DNA of 63,810 bases, the filler included, from Dicyema japonicum (Eukaryota; Animalia; Dicyemida): assembly GCA_011109175.1 (NCBI GenBank). It is 9 parts of 9 records of this genome, joined end to end, with 100 filler letters (N's around TTAATTAATTAA, not from the genome) between each part and the next. Parts side by side here need not be neighbours in the genome. Positions count along the whole stretch, not along the records: positions 49,159 to 60,584 come from RDEW01000005.1; positions 60,685 to 62,622 come from RDEW01000092.1; positions 62,723 to 63,810 come from RDEW01000163.1; 6 more parts are not named here. One strand, given 5' to 3'. The notes beneath the pieces are model-generated. The model had not been told where the DNA came from and did not search any database. It saw only the letters and a list, made by a program, of their open reading frames with translations. The translations under genes were made by a program, and so were the position numbers. Of this stretch, positions 52,199 to 63,810 are shown piece by piece. Within the stretch, counting starts at the first letter, position 1, and each line of letters starts with the position of its first letter.

Positions 52199-53448
52199 AT
52201 GTTACTGCATAAATGGGCGTTTTTAATAATTTTTTATGCAATTAATTACAGGAGCTTTTATGGTCATGTTATTAGTCTTCGGTATACGAAAAAACATCTC
52301 AAGGGAATCAGTAAAGACGAGGAACCACAAAATCCCAAATTTCGAAAATCTATCGTGATTATTATCGATGGACTCAGATTTGATTCAGTTTTGGCCAACA
52401 GCACCAGAAATGCGACATACCTCAATCGACTAACGAACCTATACAAAGTTCAATTAAATGAGCCCCAGAATACACGTGTTTATTCCTTCAGCGGTAGATT
52501 TCCTGCCATGACCATTAATCGGTTACGTTCAATTTTCAAAGGAATTTGGCATGGATTTGGAGATTCTGGATATATCCAAGATAACCTATTTAATCAGTTC
52601 CGATTAAATGGCAAGAAATTGGCCTTCGTTGGTGGAGTATCGTGTCCTAATATATTCGGACGTCCCTTTGAAGTAGATATTAGCATACATGACAACGATC
52701 TCGACGATATCTTCAGAATTGATGATCTCATTAATGAGAGCTTTATTAAATTTATAAAGCACAGCACTTCGGACGTTTATGTAGCTCATTTTCTTGGAAT
52801 GGATCACCTATACCACCTATTGGGCCTCAACCATCCAGAAATTCAACACCGTCTTGAGTTTTATGATCGTTTTATCGGGTAAGGGTCATTTTAACTAGTT
52901 CAGAAAATTATTGCCTTTAATTGACGAAGAAACCGTATTGTTCGTTCTAGGGGACCACGGATCTGTTCCAAATGGGTCTCACGGAGATAACCTCGAGGAG
53001 GAGGACAGTGCCCTGTTTATATATAGTAAAAAACAGCTATCACCTACTCCATTGAACATTGTGGTCTTTGATTTATCAATTTAGAACGAAATTCAGCAAA
53101 TTGAACAAGATCAATTCGCTCCCACCATGGCTATGTTGATGGGAGTAAACATTCCCTTCCAGAACATGGGGACCTTTATTAAGGATATCGATTATGGCGG
53201 CATCTCGGTATTCATTATTTTAACAAATTTAGGAGTTCAACTTGAGTAGAATAAATAGTAAGCAAATTATCAAGTTCTACAAATCGTTAAATCTAATTTC
53301 GTCCCCATTTGAAAAAAATAAAATTATGAAGGACATCAAAGAGGCTGAATTCAAGACTGCCATTGGAGATTTCGATGATGCGACTGAAATATATTTACGA
53401 ATAATGAAACGAATAAAGGATCTGCTTTACACTAAGTGGAGATGGTAA
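52199..53448 (+). CDS. PIGO: PIG-O/PIG-G-like GPI ethanolamine-phosphate transferase, N-terminal anchor and catalytic domain only, about 391 aa
   Basis: Exons 52199-52878, 52904-53060, 53085-53207 and 53233-53448 (introns 25, 24, 25 nt). IIDGLRFD, FPAMTINRL (Thr nucleophile position), HFLGMDH, GDHG..NGSHG and IPFQNMG. No multi-TM C-terminal half follows. Confidence 0.8.
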
Positions 53449-53459
53449 GCATTGGTATA

Positions 53460-53960
53460 TTCAAAATTTTTGGAACGGAGCCTATGTTTCCGAGACAGTC
53501 ATTCCATCCATAAAAAGGAGTGAGACATTTTAGGCAATTAAAACGTCTTCCTCAATATTTAACGATTAAATTACTCCAACTTGGCTAATACGTACGAAGC
53601 TGGCAACCATTAAGAATAGTTCCGCTAAGTCAGGTCGCCCCAGAGTTCCAGCACATCTGGCGGTCCAGGGGAAGTAAAAATAAAAAAAATTTCTTCCATG
53701 ACGGTACTTGGAATCACTAAATCTAAAGTGCTAATACCTTATGTATTTAGTTCATTGTCCCCAAAAAATAAATTCCACAAGTACATACTTTTATTCACGT
53801 GAATAGAGGCAATAAATTTATCCACATAGGCAGTAGTGAGGAAGATAATAAGAGTCGTAACCCTTGGTTTTGTCAGACGTAAAAATCGATTAAAGTCTTT
53901 ATGGCTGACTGCGGAATAATATTTATACAGTCGATTTACCCGTTTACGTGTAGGTTTTAC
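53460..53960 (-). pseudogene. COX10-like (protoheme IX farnesyltransferase, heme O synthase) pseudogene, 5' half
   Basis: Collinear FLRLTKPRVTTLIIF, LGTM, DRQM..., ASF...GV, LIA*NVSL and YGW, against COX10 motifs recalled from yeast (YLQLTKPRLTILV, FDRQM, LGASNIALYGW). Multiple stops and frameshifts. Confidence 0.6.
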
Positions 53961-54350
53961 TGAGGTGTAGGAAATGTAGTCTTCTTAATCGCTGCTGAAC
54001 ATTTTGTCCCTTTTTACAGTCTTTCAAAAACTGTTGAATAAATGTTTATTACAGAAGCGTCCAATCAGGCGACTCCACTTGCGCATATGTTCATTCCGTA
54101 TCAACTGGGAAATCATGCCGTCGAGAAACAAAAGAATCACAAAGAGCCTTCATCTTGAATTTTGGCATTTTTCAAAATCTTCCTTTATCAAATGAGGAAC
54201 AAGACTTAGGAGGGAAACTTCGGATGGAAAAACGCCAGAAGAATGAATAGACTGTCGGCTTTCTTAAATTTAGAAAAGTTATAATATAAAAAATAAAAAT
54301 TTACTTAAATTTAAAAAATAGTAATATAAAAATAATCAAATTAATTTTCA

Positions 54351-57300
54351 ATGTCGGTTGATCCTTATCTGAAAGGGCGACTAATCAATTTCGAGTACCC
54401 TTACAAGTAATCCCTCAGACCGCCTGGGAATGTCTGTCAAATGGCAATCAACCAGTCAATCCTCATTCTCCTGACTAGAGAAGGGAGTATTCTACGAGCT
54501 GATTTATCGGACAACTCAGAACCTTCAGGTTTACTTAAATTAATGGCAGAGATAAAAATTTGGAAGGATTTCAACGATTGGATCGTTTCCCTTCATCTCC
54601 AACGTAAGTTTTGCTTCTTCTACGCTCCAAACCATAATCTCCTCTGTTTAACCCCCGTCACCAAAATTCGTGAAATCGCTCTCCCAAAGGTAATCGCTAG
54701 TGATCTCTCAGGGTACCAAATTAACAGCCATGTCTTGGGTTCTGGCTTCTTATCAGATGTCCCCAGAAAAGGTGCTGTTGATGTCTTCAAATGGTGACTT
54801 TACTGTTATAGTTCAGGCAAAATATTCGAGTTGGAGATTGTCACAGAGGATGAGTCAACTCTAGGGTCACTAAAAGGGAAGATTAACCAAGTCAGTTTGT
54901 GATTAATCCATTTAGGTCGCTGTAATGGAAAATATAGGCAGCAGTTTTCTGATTCTTCCAATAGTTCGTCAAACGGGGAAGAGTAGCCTTCAGTGCTCGT
55001 CATTTTTGCCACAAATTAGTTTTGGATAATTTTAGTGAAGTTGTGTTTATTTCTGCTCAGGATCCTTCACAAATTCTCAAGAGGACAAAATTTTTGACCT
55101 CCTTTTCGAGAGAAACAACAGTTTCTGCATTTTATGAACTTTTAGTAATGGATGTTCGGTTGGACCAAGATTCTGTTGACTTTGATAACATTTGGGCGAC
55201 CTATACTGAGAGTGATAGCCTTTGTCCTTCCTCGCTGGTCCTGGTCTCACGTTTTTGATGTGCTTATTTTAGTCGGTAAAATTTTGTATTTCCAAATTAC
55301 CCCTCTTAAACTGGTTTTCAAGTCCGCGTTGGACTACGAAGGCAAGAAAATAAAGTCAATTTCTCTCATTCAACACAATGTGGTCGTTCTCACTGCTACG
55401 AAGTTGTTATATTAAAGTTCTTCTAGCATCCACATCATCAACATTTACAACGGCCACGTGGTCTACAGTCACGAGTTAGACGATGAGATGTCTCCGTATA
55501 TTGGAATCTCGAACATGATACATAGCAATAGTCTTTGGCTAGCAAGCGAGAGGAACGTTTTTCGTTTCCGTTATGTAAATGAGAACAGGTGACATGCGGT
55601 ATTATTTCAGGAAAGTGTTGGACATTTTGGTTGAGCAGCAACAGTTCGAAAAGGCTCTCTCCTACGCTCATGTAAGTTTGATGATTACAAGTGAAGGAGA
55701 GCTCTGACGACTATGAAATGGTCCTCGACTTTTACGCTGAATACCTTTTTAAGACCAACAAAGTGGCTCTGGTTAAAAACGTGAACAAATTCTCCCATTT
55801 TAGCGGGAACTTTGAGGCCATGGCACTCAGATTCGTGGAATGTGGGGACCAATTTGCTTTGAAAACCTTTCTGATTGGATGTTATTTCAGTATGGATTCG
55901 GAGGTATACTCTATGGTGAGACTAAAGGACACTGTGAAAGTATGTGCTCTCATTCCATGGATTGTTGAAGTCTTCCCCAATCTCCTGGCCCAATGCCAAT
56001 ACGAATTTCAGGAAAAGGTGGACTTGGTCATGCAGGAGCTTCAGGAATTCTTTAAAAATTGTGATTTGGTAGTTATTCTCTATTATTGTTTAGAAAAACC
56101 TTGAAAAAATCAAGGAGGTACTCTTCGAACTTATCCACAGCCATGACGAGATGTCTGTGCTGCTTTTCCTGTCCTCCCATATGAAAGGCATATCTATCAT
56201 TCATTTTAGATTACGAGTAGCTCATGAACTTGTACATCCGCCAGAGGGACTACTTTAATGCTGTGCAACTAATCGACAAGCCAGTTTTTATGTTTTGGCA
56301 ATCCACAGGAACTGGACCATTGTTTGTTAGCTAAAGTAGCCCCTATGTTGGTCCAAAATGTCCCTGAGTTGTTTGTTGAGGCGGTAGTTCAGTATTTGAA
56401 CCTACAAACTGACCCTGAGCTTGTCCGCCAGCTGATCCCTGAATTGGTCCGCGCTTTTGTGTCAGCAAATGCCATGGGAAGTCAAATTCTGGTTTGTCGG
56501 ATTTGTGAACTCAGGGACTCCACGCTCTTAAATTCCTGAAGACTGCGATTGAGCAGTTTGACTGCCAAGATGGTTCTGTACACGACTTTTACGTGGCACT
56601 TTTGCTGGAACACGATCCTTCATCACTGATGGACTACCTGATCACTCAGAATACTGGAGAAAATGGAAAATTGCCGTATGATGTGAGAAAGGCCCTCTCA
56701 CTTTGCACCCATTCTAGACATTTCGAGGCCGCCTGCTACCTCTATGATATTCAGGGACTTCACCAGAACGCAGTGCTGATGGCCTTGGAGGCAAAGAGAC
56801 TGGACAAGGCCATGGAAATCGCTCGGTAACTAGTTATATTACTGACAGGATGAGTGGTACTGATAATAAGAAGAAATTGTTTACAAAAATCATAGAGTGG
56901 ATAATAAAGTCTCCCGGAACCGTGGACATTGTTCCGGTTTTGATAAAACTTATAAACGACGGAGAGATGGAGTTAGACCAAGTCCTTCCTTTGATCCCAG
57001 ACGATTGTTTGGTCGACACTTTTAAGGTTTATGTGTGCCGAATTTGCTTAGGATGCCATTGTGAGCTGTCTAAGATCGTATGATAATAAAATCTCGAGTC
57101 TACACCAGGAAATCGGGGATATTGATAAAATGGCGGAGAAGTTGAAAAACTGTTGCAGTGACACTCTGAAAAAGTTGTGACTTTGGCTTTTTGAAGGCAA
57201 ATTGTGATAAATCCTGAGGACAAGTGTAACCTATGTTCGTTCTCGGTAGTGGAATCTCCCTTTTATGTTTTCCCTGCACTCATGTGTTCCATCAGAATTG

Positions 57301-57489
57301 TTTGAAAAAGGAACATAACCGGTTAATAAGTCAGATCAACGAAAGCGGGGTTGATATGAGCTGGTATGAACATTCTACTACGGTGGATGACCCGGAGTGT
57401 GTCTTTTGTTCGGATTTATTTATTCAGTTGTTTTGTTGTCTAATTTTAGTATGATTTTGGTACCCTTCAATAGTGAAGAGCCGTATTAA
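54351..57489 (+). CDS. VPS18: Vacuolar protein sorting 18 (Pep3/deep orange), multi-exon
   Basis: Many 21-27 nt introns. LWLASERNVFRF, FEAMALRF, CHCR-like LLLEH...YDVRKAL and a C-terminal RING (CNLCS..FYVFPCTHVFHQNCL...ECVFCSD). A few internal splice choices near 54900-55050 are unresolved. Confidence 0.9.
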
Positions 57490-57784
57490 TGACATTAATA
57501 TTTGACATTCTTATTTTTTGATGATTTTTATGTCTATATGTGTATTGTATCCTAGTATATAAAGAACCTACGATTGAAATCACGGAATCTCGATTGAGGC
57601 TCTTTGGACCTATATTAAGAGTGTACCTGGAAGTCCAAATATTTGAAACGGTCCTCAAGCTCAGAATATTTGACCAGCTTTCTCAGTTCGACAGTTAGCG
57701 GTAGGAGTTTGAAGAATTTTAAATATTAATTTATTTCATTCGAAGAACTTTATTGTTGTTAAAATAGTAATATTGACGGAATCA

Positions 57785-60584
57785 ATTATTATTATTAATA
57801 GCACTTTCGAAGAACCAAAAATGTAATTTATTTAATTAAGGTTCCGCTTGTGCCGTATTTTTCTTCAGGTTATTTTTTTTCCACTATTCTCTTGACCAAC
57901 TTCCTCCATGCTCCGCGGTTACAGGCAGTTATTCCGAGCGTATCCAGATCATCTCCAGTTTTCAGCTTTCGAACTACATTGGTCAGGTCCTTGTGTAGAA
58001 CCTCTGGCAAAGTTATGCGAGGTCTTCCACGGAACGAGGTATTCACTTCTGGGCAGAAATAGTTATCCATTGCTATTTTAGCAGGCGTCATCTGGCTCAT
58101 TCGAAGGATGTGACCAAACAGATGCCATCTTGATTCTAGGATATCCAGACTCAATGGTCTTGTATTACATACTTTTTATAGATTCTTGTTTGTAATTTTT
58201 TTCGGCCAGTTGATGCCAAGCAACAGTCGGAGTTGCTTACGATGGAAGGCATCTAGTTTGTCCATTACCGCTTCTGAGACACCCCAGGTTGCAGCGTTGT
58301 ACATTAGGACTGGTTTCAGTCTTAGACATAATTGTGTGCTAATTTGTTTACGATGATTCAAGACTACTCCCATTTTTCTAAAGGCCGCGACGGCCAACAT
58401 CTTCCTGTTAGTGATATCCTCAGCGTCTCCGAGCAACGACCCCAATTTTTTACAGTATCTCCATTTTTCATCAGTTCGGGTTAGTTCACTTGTCTCGTCT
58501 TAGTAGTTGTCTCCGTCTTTTCCGTATTGATTTTGATGAACCATTTTTCTAGTACATCTGGCATCCTTGTCCGTATATAGTTTAATGTTTTCTCGTCGCT
58601 GGATATATAGTCGATATCATCTGCATAAATCACTTCAGTTTGAGGTAGATCGCCAATTAATAGTCTGAAGTCTCTGAGTTCCGCATCCAGATATGTCACA
58701 AAAAGTACTAGTGACAAGGAATCTCAAAGCAGTGCCCCGAACATTGTCTCGAATGGGACAGACTCCAAATTTCCAAAACGTACACTTAGCTGCGTTGTTC
58801 CAAGTAATAGACGGATCATTCTGACACTGTCCTCGTCAACCAACTTCTCCAAGATATCCAAAAGTCTCTCTCTCTGTATAGAGTCAAAGGCTTTGAACAT
58901 GTCCATGCCAAGGATGCCAATAGTCCCCTTGTACTTTTGATGTGTTGCACAAAGCCATCGATGTCCCCAAACCACATCAGCTGTAGATCTCCCTGACCTG
59001 AATCCGCTTTGACCGTGAGAGAGAAAGTTTTTGATGTCAGGTCCAATCCTGTTCAGCACTATAAGTGATAATGTCTTGCGTAGAGCCGTCAATAGTACGA
59101 TGGGTCTTAAATTCGTTAAGGGGCTTTTAGCTTTGCCCGATTTTTGTAGTGCAATTAGTGTGCCATTACCCACATCCAGTGGTGAGTTGTATTTGAATGT
59201 TTTGTTGTATATCTCAGTTAATAGCTCAGAGATCTCGGTCGGTGCATATTTGAGAAGTTCTGCATTTATGTTGTCAGGGCCAGCTGCTCTATTGTTGTTC
59301 AGTTTGTCCAGGGCTTTTTTTGTTTCCAGAATCGTTATCGGAATATTTAGTTCTCGTGCTTCACCATCGAATTGTTTGATTTTTTCCCCGTGGTTTTGAT
59401 TGAAGGCCTGCTGATAATGGCTGGATATGCCCGATAGAATTTCATTTTTGTCTAACATAGTCTTTCCAAACTGGTCATGTATTGTGATTTTTGATGACTG
59501 CGTGTCTCTATGTAGTAGGTGAACTGCCTTGAACATCTGCGCTCCGTTTTTGAGTCTTTCTACTTCTTTAGCCATTCCAGCAAGTTTATTTTCCTTTATT
59601 TCCCTCGTTCTTTTCTTTATTTTATACAGGGTTTGGTTCTGCATGACTCTTAGAGTGTGTTCTTTTGCCTGGTCCTGGCAGGTTTCGACCTGTAAACGTA
59701 GGTTCCTCTGCAATTTGGATAGTTCTTCAAGCTCGTGGTCATAGTGCCCGTTGAATTCGGTTTTACTCCGACTGTTGAATGGGCCGCGCACTTTATTGCA
59801 TCGATGGTGTCTTGCCACAGCTCCCCAGGCATTTTTTCTTTATTCCACTGTCTGATCTTTTCTCTCAATGTATTTTGATAGCTTTCCCGAGTCGGTCCCA
59901 CCATGCAGAGTTGCTCTACTGCGAACCTCCTCTCAGATATCCTCATGCCAGCCGCTTTGGAAACCTCAAAATATCGATGAAAAGGAAACGTGCCACAACC
60001 AATCTGTGATCACTATCTACTAGTGTCCCACTGTAATCTGTTAGCAGTGCCTTGTAGGCTTGTTTGCAGATAATGTAATCTATTTGGTTATATATAGTCT
60101 TGATAGTCCCAGATTTGTCCTTTCGGTAGCAACTCCATGTCGTCTTATGTCTTGCTGAGTGCCTGAAAGCAGTGTTGCATAGAAATAGTTTGAATGTATT
60201 ACAAAATTCGATAAGCGATTTTTCTGAATGGTTCCTGATCCCCCTTCCATGGCTTCCCATGAATTCTTCGTGACTACTCCCACGTCATGTTTTTGCGTTC
60301 CAATCTCCTGCGATGTATGTCATGAACGATGTTTCCAAAGATGCATATAGTTGCGACAGGGAGGAATAGAAGTCGTCTAGTTCGTCTCCATTGATTGATA
60401 CTCTCACCGAAGTTGGTGCATATACATTAATAATGGAGATTATGGAATTGTTCATTTCACCGCATTTTAATTGTAAAACACATATTCTATCGCTCACCCT
60501 CCACTTCTTGTGGATTCGATTGTTCAGTTTTTTTTGTATTGCAAATCCCATGCCGTAGTGTGGGCAATTCGAAGGGTGCAGAAT
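57785..60584 (-). mobile_element. RTE-clade LINE, near full length, frameshifted, 5' end cut by a gap
   Basis: APE (INVYAPT, GDWNA, NQIDYI, SDH), RT (GPDNI, DMFKAFDS, YADD) and C-terminus RWHLFGHILR; tail CGAAAGTGCTAT(TAA)n. Confidence 0.92.
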
Positions 60585-60684
60585 NNNNNNNNNNNNNNNN
60601 NNNNNNNNNNNNNNNNNNNNNNNNNNNNTTAATTAATTAANNNNNNNNNNNNNNNNNNNNNNNNNNNNNNNNNNNNNNNNNNNN

Positions 60685-62622
60685 TTGACACATGTGTGCT
60701 GAAGGTCATGTGGGTGTCAAATGTTACTCACAGGATCTTAGCTTTTTCTTATTGGGATTAGTTCACCATTCAAAAATAGATTGGCGGAATAACTTGATAG
60801 CCTTCTATTTAACGTAAAATGAGAGGTAAGGACTTATCTGTAGACGTTGAAATAGAATTTCTTTTCAACAACTTTATTAAATTTTTCATTAAAATAATCC
60901 AAAAATTCTTTTTAAATTTTCTGGCTATAATTTTTTAAAAAGATATATTCAAATTTTTAATTTAATTAATAAATGTTAGACTGTTGTGCAGTGTAACGAG
61001 CGCCTGGCAAAAGGCCTGATGGCACCTATTTCGAATCTCGTCCCTGTACATTCCGACTGAAGGTTCCACGCATCTACCATGCTTTGGCTTGACGCGTGAC
61101 GTCGTCATCTGTGAATATCTCATTGCGGAACCGGATCATCTTCAAAAGGATTCACACACAACATAAAGAAAATAGAAGTGAAGATCATTCATTGGTTCCT
61201 CCTCAGTTATGATAACTGTTCTCTACTTAAATGAGGTGTGTGTCCTGCCTGGGAATAGTTAATATGGCTCTTAATAAAGTGCAGTATTATTATTTATATA
61301 TGTTAGACAGTTATCTTTGTGATTTATCTGGAACCTGTTCTTCGGGATCTGAGGCCTAAAATTAGTCCTACTTCTATCTTGGGATTACTACATGCAGATG
61401 GCGTGGATTTTGTTTCTGATGACATCAATGATATCAGGGTTGCTCTTTATCAGATCCTGGGGGATTTGCGAGTGGTCCCTGAAAATGAACGTGCGAAACA
61501 GTCAAACGAGAAAGCAAAGTTACCGACCAGATATGGATGAGAGCAATTGTTTGGCGACCTGGAAGATGTTCTAGGGGAAAGATGTCAAAAATTGAAGAGA
61601 CTAAAATCCAGTAAAACTACGACTATATACCAAGGGTTGCACAAACGATGGGAGAATATAACTTCCCGAAGGTATTTTATGTAGTTAACCTCATATTTGG
61701 CAAATCCAGGAACTAATTAATNTTTGGCGACCTGGAAGATGTTCTAGGAGAAAGATGTCAAAAATTGAAGAGACTAAAATCCAGTAAAACTACGACTAAA
61801 TACCAAGGGTTGCACAAACGATGGGAGAATATAACTTCCCGAAGGTATTTTATGTAGTTAACCTCTTCTTACAATATTTGGCAAATCCAGCAACTAATTA
61901 ATCCAAGGCGAAAGTCAATTAACAGTTTTTTTTAAATAAAAATTACTAATTATTTCTAATATTCAGGGGGATACAAAAAAGGTTGAGAAACACTGGTCTT
62001 AATATAATCCCGACTAACCAGCAACCAACCTAAATAAAGGCTCAGCATTCAAGGTATTTGAACACAGAACTGAATATCAACGGATTTGCCACCCAAAAAT
62101 CATGAGACTTGGATAAACAGACAATAAAAAAAGCTGTGTATATCCACCTAGCAAAGGATTATGAGAAAGAATTGACTTTGAAGAACTAAACATGGTGACT
62201 GACCTTGCCAAACGACAGAAGGACGTATGAATGCAATATCTGAACACAAGTGCCGAACATAAAATGAAATTGTGGCAGGAAAGAGCAAGTATCAAAAAAA
62301 TTGACGAGATATAGGCACTTAAAAACCAGATAAGAAAAATTGAATACCTCAAAGGCAAGATGAAGTTTCGTGAGGCTACTGGAAACTCANAAATTGTGGC
62401 AGGAAAGAGCAAGTATCAAAAAAATTGATGAGAATTAGGCACTTAAAAACCAGATAAGAAAAATTGAATGCCTCAAAGGCAAGAGGAAGTTTCGTGAGGC
62501 TACTGTAAACTCAGAGGCAACCTAAGAAAACCATTAGTAACTATATGAGAAGATCAAGGCAAACAGATCCCAGAACAGTCAGAATTTGCTGAGCTCATTG
62601 ATGATACATTATTCTGATCATT
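60685..62622 (+). repeat. Duplicate of about 29925-31815 (receptor relic 3' end, SINE and CR1 remnant)
   Basis: Collinear high similarity with substitutions and indels. The whole contig between two gaps is the duplicate. Confidence 0.9.
60982..61299 (+). mobile_element. SINE family copy D (duplicate of copy C), TSD ATGTTAGAC
   Basis: TSD at 60973-60981 and 61300-61308. Confidence 0.8.
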
Positions 62623-63239
62623 NNNNNNNNNNNNNNNNNNNNNNNNNNNNNNNNNNNNNNNNNNNNTTAATTAATTAANNNNNNNNNNNNNNNNNNNNNN
62701 NNNNNNNNNNNNNNNNNNNNNNTTCGAATCAGTCTTCATTCCTCTTGTAGCAACCAATTGAATATCCTCGCAATATCCTCATGGCATCTCTCTAGGTTGA
62801 TGGAAGCTGAGATGAGCTCTTCATGAGACATTTCCATTCTATGCTCTCCAGGCTATTCATTCCCATTAATGATTTTTAATTCCCTCCTTGCACTGTTTGT
62901 TTGCAAGATGATTAAGGGAATGCTTTAAAGGATCTTTAACTCAAACACCGATATTTAGACGAACTTTCAATTTTTAATGTTTTCTGTAGGTAAAAAAATT
63001 TTATTATTAATACAAAATAAAAAAAAATTCATACAGTAGCTATCCTGACTGGGAAGCTATTCTTCCTCAGGATGGCGAGTAAGATTCATTCAAATAACCA
63101 ACAGCGCCCACTGGGATCTCCTGTTCGTACTCATGTTTCTTCTTCGCATCAAAACCTGTAACGTTCATTGTTGCGTTAAGCGGAAGTTAATCAATGTTAT
63201 GTTTTCAAATGGGAAACCATCATCACAAAATGGAGGCAC

Positions 63240-63810
63240 ATTGGAAGCACTCAATATACAAGTCAAGAAGGTTTTACAAGACAAGTTATGGAAGAAGGGA
63301 CTGTAGAGTTTTCAAGAAGTTTTCTGTCTTCCACATACCAATGAACATCCGTTGATTATTGAAACTGAATTCTTTGCGAATCTTCTTAATGATCTCATGA
63401 GAGTATTTAAATTCTAGGAAAGTCCTTGATGAAAACGGCGCTATCAAATACATTCCTAATGAATACCGTATTGCTTGTCTTTTAAAATTCCTTAGTATTT
63501 CCAAACATTTCATCCTTTTCTCACTGAAATACCGGTAATTTGCATTATAGGTGAGCATAGGCAACACTGTTTAGTTGAATAAGGCGGCAAAAAATAGCAT
63601 CCTTCATTTCTCAGATATGAACATCGGACTCTATTATGCCAAACCGAGTTAAACCACGTCCTCACAGCCAATAACAGTGCATTTGAACACTTTTGACTTC
63701 CATTAATTATGAATCTAAGTGTTCAACCTCCAGAGGAAGTCATCACATGATCGTCTTACACAGAACCTCATCTGAAGGTACGAAAGGATGTCTTATATTA
63801 TGCACTTATG
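63240..63810 (-). mobile_element. LINE post-RT remnant
   Basis: LPMLTYNA...KCLEILRNFKRQAIRYSLG resembles the region after the RT of CR1/Jockey-group elements. Confidence 0.5.

Noticed and set aside
28850-53960. Idea that frameshifted genes are encrypted and restored by RNA editing or stop-codon recoding
   Set aside because: Neighbouring genes read cleanly with the standard code, and the lesions are heterogeneous (stops, indels, deletions). Decay is simpler.
57467-57720. Possible minus-strand exon (LRKLVKYSELEDRFKYLDFQ) convergent with VPS18
   Set aside because: Too short to assign, and no consistent gene model.
8176-62678. Recurrent TTAATTAATTAA inside 100-base N runs (eight times)
   Set aside because: Artificial scaffolding linker with stops in all frames; not biological.

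Overview
AT-rich eukaryotic, almost certainly animal, scaffold fragment with eight artificial 100-base gaps (each carrying a TTAATTAATTAA linker) and one sized gap. Host genes are split by very short GT-AG introns of about 21-28 nt. Those I can reconstruct are DNAI3/WDR63 (5' part only), CFAP299, VPS18, a PIG-O-like gene lacking its membrane domain, and one orphan membrane-protein gene. Micro-introns, intact ciliary genes and a nicotinic-receptor-type relic together fit what is known of dicyemid mesozoans; this taxon is my inference. A large part of the window is transposon-derived: an apparently intact Mutator/Phantom-like element whose transposase has a 28-nt intron, RTE, CR1/Jockey-like and CRE-like (RT plus RLE, with an N-terminal PHD finger) retrotransposons, hAT and pogo remnants, and a tRNA-headed SINE family sharing its 3' tail with the local RTE. 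Several non-processed pseudogenes (COX10-like, Cys-loop receptor, CDC7-like kinase, unassigned relics) lie between intact genes. The best candidates for something undescribed are (1) the PHD-CRE family with short derivatives, (2) the modular SINE/RTE pair, and (3) the PIG-O/COX10 tail-to-tail truncation. All homology calls come from motif recognition by eye; no database searches were run.
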